Program-made: the position numbers and the translations under genes
Source of the DNA: an uncultured bacterium
Lineage (GTDB): Bacteria > Patescibacteriota > Dojkabacteria > SC72
DNA length: 64,000 nucleotides
Reading direction: 5' to 3'
Assembly (NCBI GenBank): GCA_903906305.1
Contig: CAIVJR010000005.1
Coordinates: 83,667-147,666 of the forward strand
Notes under the pieces: generated by a model
Databases searched by the model: none
What the model was told of the DNA's origin: nothing
What the model saw: the letters and a program-made list of their open reading frames with translations, nothing else
Shown: piece by piece, positions 57,138 to 64,000 of the stretch
Position numbering within the stretch: position 1 is the stretch's first letter
Layout of the letters: each line of letters starts with the position of its first letter

Positions 57138-60100
57138 CTATAACGACCTGTTATATGTAATCGCAATATCACCTATCCTCACATAGTTATCACTCAATGA
57201 CGACATCCTCATTATGAATACGCATGTATCTCCTGCCACTGCACATTCATTTAGATCTGTTCCTGCAATAGTACTTGATGTCCAAACTCCTGCGGAGGAT
57301 GATACTCCTGCTGCAAATGTTCCATCAACTGTTACAGAATCTTCCTTGTAGATATACATATCAACCTTATTGTTGGTATCACTTGTTGATTCTGTAGTAT
57401 AGTTAAGTTTTACTCCTCCAGTGCTACCCCATCCATTGAAATCGGATGGTAATGTAAATCTTACACGTAAGTCATAGTCGTTTAAGGAAAGAGCTGCACT
57501 ACTCCATTCATAATAGTTCATGGAGTTAGATGATGATCCTGTATTGTCAGAGGTCATTGCCCCTACGTTATCTGTCCCATCTCCTGAGAGTACGGCACCT
57601 GCATATTCTGCAGAGAGTGTAACCTTTCTTGCAATATCACCTAATGGCATCCATTCTATACCATCGTTTGAGAATTCTATCGTATTATCGGTTGCATTAT
57701 ATCTTATACTCCCCTGGTCTCCTGTTGTTCCTAGGGTTATGCTTCCTCCTGCAATAGCGACATCCCCTGCTAAGGTCATATCTCCTTCTGAACTTACTAC
57801 CATCATATCTACACTATTGGTTTGTAGTTTGAGGAGATTTCCTCCTGTCCCCATCTTGTTTACCCATATACTATTCGTATTGTTTCCCCCATCTATCTGA
57901 GCTGCATTAGGTGCAATGTTTACTGAATATTCACTGGTTCTTAAATCAATTGCTGCACTTCCTAATATCACATCTAATTTAAGTTTCTGTGCTTTTCCAC
58001 TGTTGTTGTACAGTCTTACGGTATTTGCATCTGTTATCTGGATCTTGAATCCGGATGAATATGTAAAGGTAATATTCTCTAACTGTGGTTGGTAACTTAG
58101 GTTTGTGGTTGTAAAGATTACTCTGTACTGCATATATGCATTTGGTGTACTTGCTACTGGACTTCCTGTATTTGTAGAAAGTAGTTTCTCTGCTTCTACA
58201 TTGTCTAAGTAGATGGTATTACTGCTTGTAGAGAAGTTGGTTAATCGTATCTTGGTTATGGCATCTCTACTACCTACTGCTATATCTGATATATCCCAAT
58301 ATATCTTCTGCCATACATTGGCTGTATCGATTGTAATATCTTCGTACTGATCTGCTCCTGTGCTTTCTCCCATCCCTATTCTTATGGTATTACCTGCTTG
58401 GGAGGCTCTTACCCAAAGGGTTACATAGTCGTAGTTGGTTAGGTTAGCTGCAGCTATGGTTGATTCCATATATCCTCCATTGGTACTGCTAGTTACCTTA
58501 GTTAGGTTAGTACCTAGTGGTTCTACCTCATCTTCAAAACCATATATTGATGGCCGTGTTATATCTCCTTCCGCTACTGTTGCATTGGTTCCTGTCCAAT
58601 CTGTATGGGTATCGGCTCCTTGCAGTGTTGTGTAGTTAGTACCTGAAGTACTTGGTTTCCACGATTCCCATGTTCCATCGGTTGGATCATTGGTTGCTCC
58701 ACTTCTGGTTTGTACAGATATTTTTCCATATGTATTTAATGATGCATCCCACTTTAGGTTGTCATATGATTGGGCATTGGTTGTAGATACTACAGGACTA
58801 TTATATATTCCATATGGGGTTTGGTTTCTATATCGAACTATAACAACACCCGAACCGCCAGCTCCTGCACCACCATATCCATTGCTTCCACCTCCTCCAC
58901 CACCAGTATTTGCAGTTCCTGGATAGCCAACATACATACCTCCATCTCCACCTCCTCCTACGCCACCAGCTCCTCCACTACCTGTTGTATCTGCACCACC
59001 ACCACCTCCTCCTGCATAATAGGTTGAAATTCCCGAAATACTGTATGCTGATCCTGCACCACCAGCACCACTATGTGTAGTACTTGCAGGCAAGTATCCT
59101 CCACCGGCTGCACCACCTCCACCAGAGCTAGGATATGGAGCAGCGATAACATTTGTATTTCCTCCTGCATATCCCTGACCTGCCGTACCAGTTCCACCAT
59201 TGGCAGGATTAACTGTTGATGTTCTACCACCACCACCACCGGAGCCACCATTTTGAGCAGCCTCTGGACCCGTCGTGTCATTAGTACCACCTCTACCACC
59301 ACCTATGGCAGTTAGAGAACCAAAAACAGAATTACCACCTTGAGTTGGTGAAGCTCCACCCGCACCTCCAGCTCCTACAGTTACTGTTATTGGAGATGCC
59401 GTCGTTGCTGCATATGAAGCATTGTATAACAAACCACCAGCACCACCACCTCCAGCTTTTCCACCACCACCACCTGCTACTACCAATACTTCTACATTAG
59501 CTGTAGTTGTTGGTGTAAATGTTCCAGAAGATGTAAATGTATGAACTGTATATCCACCTGGATATGGCATAGTAGTTCTAGGATTTAATCCATTGGTATC
59601 TGTATATGTTATTGTTCCCCCTATTCCGATCACTGCAGGATTTAGATTACTTGCGTTTATGCTTGTCCTAATAACTCCACCTGCAGCCGCATCACTCCAT
59701 TGATTAGAAAGATTCTGTGTTACATTGTTATCTGCCCCCGTTACTTCTACCCATTTGTTTAATGTTGTATCAAATACCCATCCATTAGCTACTAGATTGT
59801 ATGTATTTTGACCATGTACTACCTCTAAGTAACTACCATTAGCTATAACATCGTTTGAGTTAGTAAATAGTCCATTTACTGAAGCATCATCTAATTCCAT
59901 CTGCGACAGTCCCCATTTAGATATATATATTGCTGTTTTGTTAGATGATCCTCTAGCTATCTCAAATTTTACCTTGTAGTTCTTGTCTGATGTTGGGAAT
60001 ATGAATGAATATTCATATTCTGGTAATGATCCCAACGTATTCGTTTGTATGAGTGTTCCTGTTACATAGTTAGCACCGTTATCATTTGATGCAGAGACTG

Positions 60101-63100
60101 TGATACTACTTGATGGATCACTTCCATCTATACTTGCAGTCATCCATAGGAAGGCTCGGTTGGTACTTTCTGCGAAGGTTGTTACATTAGAATAGTATGT
60201 TCCTGTACTGTTATTTCCATTAGAATCTACTCCCATTAAGGCTCCACTACTTCCAATATCTCCTGCGAATACAGGATAGTATCTACCCGATAGTGTTTCG
60301 ATGTTGTTTGTACTTGTACTTGGATCTGTTGCTGTAGTATATGCATTTAATCTTGTACTTGATGTTAGATCTATTTTAGATATTCCTCCTCCTTCTGTTC
60401 CTACATACATGTATTTACTATCTGGGGTTACTAGTATGTCTCTAATATCATTGCTTGTTCCACTTAATTGGTTGTATGTATCTGCAGATGTATGTGAGCC
60501 TTTGAGAGCTCTAAGACCATCTTCATATTGTGATTTGATTTGAGCAGAAGTTAATACAGTGCCAGTTACCATTGGTTCATCTATTATTCCTGCAAAGTAT
60601 ACGCTTGGAGTTCCAAGGGAGATACGACTTCCAATGGTAAAACGTTCCGTATTATCTATAAATGCAGCAGCGGGGACACCAGTTTGAGATGCTACTTCTA
60701 CTCCATTTACATACAATCTCATTACCGACCCATCATAGCTACCAACAACATTGTACCAAGTATTTGCGGTTGGAATAGCACCCGTAGCAGTTACAGTATA
60801 GCTGGTCCCATTGTATGTTGTGAATGCTAAATTCTGGCCGGAAGTATAGAACTGGTATGTATAATATGGAGCAGTTCCTCCATCACCCTTCCCAAGGATC
60901 TGCTTCGTACCCGCAACATTTGCGGGGTTTATCCAAGCAGAAACAGTAACATTTCCAGTGATATCTGTCTTTGTTACTCCTCCGCATGTGGCATCAGTAC
61001 AGTATAGATATTCATCTGTTCCATTGAAGTCTACTGCCTTACCTCTTACTCCAGAGACTGCGTCATTGCTATCTATATTTACTGCTGTTAATGCATTTGC
61101 CTTTGTGGATACATCTTCATTATCTGCACTTGTATTATCATAATTTAATGGCCACATTCCTCTAATATCCCCTACCATTTGTTCAGAGATATAGTCTTTG
61201 GTATAGTATTTTACAGAGCCCGTAGCTTCAACTGAACCATCTGCTAGATTACCTTTTCCCTGTACCTCTTGAATTACAGAAACACCTGCGGCAGTACCAA
61301 CATAAAGAGTATTTGATTTCCCGTCTACTATAGAGGTTCCTTCTGTAACCCTTAAGTTCTTAATTTGGTTGACGCTTGTAACTCCTAATATCGCCAACTT
61401 CCAAGCACTAGCTCCTTGGAAATAGTAACCGTTATTTTGTACAGTCCAAGTAGCGTCAGAGGATATAGATGCAGGATTATAGTAGGAATATAAAGCACTG
61501 TTATTTCCTGTATCGTCATTTCCAGCAATATATAAAACATTATTACTTGTCAAAACAGCCTTGCTTGTCCAGAGGACATTGGCATGCTGAGTCCCATTCC
61601 AAACATCTGCCTTTGTACCTTGTGTCTTATTTATAACCGTAACCGCCCCATCCACTCCCGTATCCCCTGTAGCCACAGCTACAAATTGTTTTGGAGATAC
61701 AGTACCTGTAGCGGTCCACGTATAACAATAATTATAAGAAGACGAGTAAAGATAAGTAGCATTAGCACTCCCCATATCTGCTTCAAAATTAGTGTTTGTC
61801 CTACCAACTCTAGGTTGCGCAGAAGACGCTTCAAAAAACCAATCAACACAATCGGCTTGGCTACTTGGGACACCACTAGAAGTAGCTCTCCTACCAACAT
61901 GACTCATGGTAACAATAGGCGTATTGTCAAATTTATATGGGAAGTTTACGAATTCTGCTATATCTTGCGAGTTATCTCCTTGTATATATCCCCACCCACT
62001 CACAGTCATCTCTTGTGTAGGTTGATTTGGTATAACAGCAGCAGAAACATCATTAACCTCATTGCTAATAATAGATACAGACGTATTAACAAGTGTATAG
62101 CCACTTCCAATATCTCTTCCACCAATACCTGTGCTTCCGCTAAACCTATATGTTCCACCATTAGAAATATCTATAGCAGAATCATTAACAAAGCTAATCT
62201 CTTGATATCCATTATCAGCAGCACTTGTATTACTTACAACATATAATTGCCCATTTAGTACATCCATTGCATTTATAGTTCTACCCGTATTTGCACTTAA
62301 CATCTTACCTCCAGCATAAGCAGCATTATTTGAAGCAAACTTCATCCATACTCTTTGAGTATCTACATCAACAATAGTTACATAGATATATGAAGCATCA
62401 GTACTACCAATGATTACAGATCTCTCTGGGAACTCCCTCTTACTACCCCTGTCATTAGCAGTAGTAGGCTCTATAATCCAGCTTGCAATTCTAAACTTGT
62501 CCCCATTCTTGTAATCACTTCTTACAGGCTTAACGGTTATACTGCTCCCGGAGCAGCTTCCTGATACAAATGCATACGAAGAACCAAATGCAAGATTAGC
62601 ACCAGAAGCCGTACAAGTACCATCTGAAGAAACAATATTAGCAGTAATACCCGTTGTAGTAGTACCAGTAATAGTCAAATCAATATATCCATGTTCAGAA
62701 CCAGTACCATATACACCGGATACACCAATTAAACTACCATTGTAGGAAGTAGTAAGATTAGAGGTTGTTTGAAGTGATACACCCTTGTACCAATTAGGAT
62801 CTACACCAACATCTACTAATGTCTCTGGAGTAGAATCTTGATCCTGTAGTCCAGATTGAGTTCTGTCATAGTACTTACTAGTTAGGAGTGTAGCTGTAGC
62901 AGAACCTAGATATCTGTTACCTGCAATATCCAACATACTGCTATCTATGGTTATTCCACCCCACACACCAGCCTTTTTAGCATCAGAGTCCACACCAATG
63001 GTTGAGTTAGTACTATCAATCTTCAGTGAATCTACAAAGTTATCAAACATTACTGTCTGAGATTGATTACTCTCTAAGTATCCTCTTCTCTCAGCATCTG

Positions 63101-64000
63101 ACATTGCTGTGTAATCATTTGCTAACTGATTGTAGATATCTCTGTATACGTTTTCATCATAGCTGACATTGAGATACATATCTGCGGTTACTTTGTTCTG
63201 TGCATCAAATACCATCTTTACATATCCAGAACCTGCATCAGCTATTGATGTAACAACACCTAACAATCCATTGGTTTGGGTTGTCCCAGAAGATGAATGA
63301 CCTTGTCCTGCTACTGTAGAGGAGTAAATATAGTCGCCACGAGAACTAGAGGCTGCATTATCTAGATTTACATCTACTACACCTTCAAATGCTACTAAGC
63401 ACGCATCTCCGTTGTCACATACTCCATCTTTATCTACATCTCCATTTAGTTCCACTCCTTGTACAACTCCTAGCGCTCCTTGGAGGCCTGGCACTGTGGT
63501 TGTAGTGAATGCTCCATTAGTAGATGAGTCTACAGTGACTAACGATCTTTCAGTTACTATACCTCCTGAGTTATTTATCAATACTGCTCCTAGACCCTTT
63601 CCTGAGGTTATGGTTCCTGATACATACAGGTTTCCATCTGCATCTAGGTACATCTTTTCTACACTGTTATTCATCACAGAGAGTAGCTTTGATGATGGGT
63701 TAGTAAATGCTGTAGAAGTATTGAATTGGAATGCGATTGCATCTTCACCATCTGCTACATGCGATACTGCTAAGCCATTTACAAAACCACCACCACTACT
63801 TCCAGCTCCTGTAGATGCTACTACTTCTAGTCTTAAATATTCATTCCCTCCAGAGTAGTTATACAGCCTTACGTTATTGGCGTCATACATAACTATTCTG
63901 TATCCACTGTTGTATGCAAGAGAAATACTTTCTAACTGTGGTTGATATGACAGATTTGTTGTTGTAAAGATTACTCTGTACTGTAAGTATTGATTTGGGG
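57138..64000 (-). CDS. second giant (>2,250 aa) surface protein, 3' portion (N-terminus beyond window end), LamG-like and Gly-rich modules
   Basis: Uninterrupted minus-strand ORF to the window edge. The last 60 nt of the window repeat an internal segment (58078-58140), showing the modular array continues upstream. Contains GGYTVHTFTSSGTF...VVAGGGGG...GSGVVIVRY and a LamG-like block (FNGTDEYLYC...MRLYVNGVEV). Confidence 0.75.
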   Translation of the reverse strand, partial: PNQYLQYRVIFTTTNLSYQPQLESISLAYNSGYRIVMYDANNVRLYNYSGGNEYLRLEVVASTGAGSSGGGFVNGLAVSHVADGEDAIAFQFNTSTAFTNPSSKLLSVMNNSVEKMYLDADGNLYVSGTITSGKGLGAVLINNSGGIVTERSLVTVDSSTNGAFTTTTVPGLQGALGVVQGVELNGDVDKDGVCDNGDACLVAFEGVVDVNLDNAASSSRGDYIYSSTVAGQGHSSSGTTQTNGLLGVVTSIADAGSGYVKMVFDAQNKVTADMYLNVSYDENVYRDIYNQLANDYTAMSDAERRGYLESNQSQTVMFDNFVDSLKIDSTNSTIGVDSDAKKAGVWGGITIDSSMLDIAGNRYLGSATATLLTSKYYDRTQSGLQDQDSTPETLVDVGVDPNWYKGVSLQTTSNLTTSYNGSLIGVSGVYGTGSEHGYIDLTITGTTTTGITANIVSSDGTCTASGANLAFGSSYAFVSGSCSGSSITVKPVRSDYKNGDKFRIASWIIEPTTANDRGSKREFPERSVIIGSTDASYIYVTIVDVDTQRVWMKFASNNAAYAGGKMLSANTGRTINAMDVLNGQLYVVSNTSAADNGYQEISFVNDSAIDISNGGTYRFSGSTGIGGRDIGSGYTLVNTSVSIISNEVNDVSAAVIPNQPTQEMTVSGWGYIQGDNSQDIAEFVNFPYKFDNTPIVTMSHVGRRATSSGVPSSQADCVDWFFEASSAQPRVGRTNTNFEADMGSANATYLYSSSYNYCYTWTATGTVSPKQFVAVATGDTGVDGAVTVINKTQGTKADVWNGTQHANVLWTSKAVLTSNNVLYIAGNDDTGNNSALYSYYNPASISSDATWTVQNNGYYFQGASAWKLAILGVTSVNQIKNLRVTEGTSIVDGKSNTLYVGTAAGVSVIQEVQGKGNLADGSVEATGSVKYYTKDYISEQMVGDIRGMWPLNYDNTSADNEDVSTKANALTAVNIDSNDAVSGVRGKAVDFNGTDEYLYCTDATCGGVTKTDITGNVTVSAWINPANVAGTKQILGKGDGGTAPYYTYQFYTSGQNLAFTTYNGTSYTVTATGAIPTANTWYNVVGSYDGSVMRLYVNGVEVASQTGVPAAAFIDNTERFTIGSRISLGTPSVYFAGIIDEPMVTGTVLTSAQIKSQYEDGLRALKGSHTSADTYNQLSGTSNDIRDILVTPDSKYMYVGTEGGGISKIDLTSSTRLNAYTTATDPSTSTNNIETLSGRYYPVFAGDIGSSGALMGVDSNGNNSTGTYYSNVTTFAESTNRAFLWMTASIDGSDPSSSITVSASNDNGANYVTGTLIQTNTLGSLPEYEYSFIFPTSDKNYKVKFEIARGSSNKTAIYISKWGLSQMELDDASVNGLFTNSNDVIANGSYLEVVHGQNTYNLVANGWVFDTTLNKWVEVTGADNNVTQNLSNQWSDAAAGGVIRTSINASNLNPAVIGIGGTITYTDTNGLNPRTTMPYPGGYTVHTFTSSGTFTPTTTANVEVLVVAGGGGGKAGGGGAGGLLYNASYAATTASPITVTVGAGGAGGASPTQGGNSVFGSLTAIGGGRGGTNDTTGPEAAQNGGSGGGGGRTSTVNPANGGTGTAGQGYAGGNTNVIAAPYPSSGGGGAAGGGYLPASTTHSGAGGAGSAYSISGISTYYAGGGGGGADTTGSGGAGGVGGGGDGGMYVGYPGTANTGGGGGGSNGYGGAGAGGSGVVIVRYRNQTPYGIYNSPVVSTTNAQSYDNLKWDASLNTYGKISVQTRSGATNDPTDGTWESWKPSTSGTNYTTLQGADTHTDWTGTNATVAEGDITRPSIYGFEDEVEPLGTNLTKVTSSTNGGYMESTIAAANLTNYDYVTLWVRASQAGNTIRIGMGESTGADQYEDITIDTANVWQKIYWDISDIAVGSRDAITKIRLTNFSTSSNTIYLDNVEAEKLLSTNTGSPVASTPNAYMQYRVIFTTTNLSYQPQLENITFTYSSGFKIQITDANTVRLYNNSGKAQKLKLDVILGSAAIDLRTSEYSVNIAPNAAQIDGGNNTNSIWVNKMGTGGNLLKLQTNSVDMMVVSSEGDMTLAGDVAIAGGSITLGTTGDQGSIRYNATDNTIEFSNDGIEWMPLGDIARKVTLSAEYAGAVLSGDGTDNVGAMTSDNTGSSSNSMNYYEWSSAALSLNDYDLRVRFTLPSDFNGWGSTGGVKLNYTTESTSDTNNKVDMYIYKEDSVTVDGTFAAGVSSSAGVWTSSTIAGTDLNECAVAGDTCVFIMRMSSLSDNYVRIGDIAITYNRSL

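Noticed and set aside
63830-63860. Apparent 1-nt frameshift near the N-terminus of the second giant gene when translating the displayed bases (aaatat|cattcc versus the expected aaatattcattcc)
   Set aside because: The supplied ORF track translates continuously (…NEYLRLEV…) and its coordinates imply one extra base here. This is most likely a display or formatting discrepancy in the last 170 nt rather than biology, so no frameshift is claimed.

Overview
This is a 64-kb low-GC bacterial chromosomal segment, mostly housekeeping genes, with a gene repertoire and giant surface proteins reminiscent of CPR/Patescibacteria (inference only). In order the window holds:

- **1-9.2 kb:** radC, dprA-topA, and the cell-shape cluster mreB-mreC-mreD-mrdA(PBP2).
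- **9.2-13.9 kb:** rpmB, an M50 protease, an SDR, a TrmB-like regulator and tRNA-Thr/Tyr/Thr.
- **14.0-18.8 kb:** the rpmG-tRNA-Trp-secE-nusG-rplK-rplA ... rplJ-rplL cluster, unusually interrupted between rplA and rplJ by two orphan ORFs and a structured non-coding region.
- **19.2-24.9 kb:** a tight 5-gene operon of a 7TM membrane protein plus four different ATP-grasp ligases: one TIGR02291/RimK-related with a C-terminal DTGA retropepsin-like domain, two cyanophycin-synthetase G-domain-like, and one RimK-like.
- **24.9-32.0 kb:** a convergent operon trpS-mreB paralog-DUF1704/QEGLA HExxH metallopeptidase (MATCAP-like)-SAM-MTase-fold protein-multi-TM sensor histidine kinase.
- **32.0-48.1 kb:** a PEGA-domain protein, tRNA-Arg, uvrA, proS carrying an in-frame TAA, form II/III RuBisCO, rlmN, lexA, two small ORFs, tRNA-Pro, argS, two tRNA-Arg, a split comEC, comEA and a cyclophilin.
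- **48.2-64.0 kb:** two giant (>2,250 and 2,624 aa) Gly-rich LamG-domain surface proteins flanking a class II Fic AMPylase.

The most interesting candidate system is the 7TM + 4x ATP-grasp operon paired with the MATCAP-like peptidase. It looks like a ligase/carboxypeptidase protein C-terminal amino-acid tailing system; this is inference, not demonstrated. No CRISPR arrays, transposases or integrases were seen.
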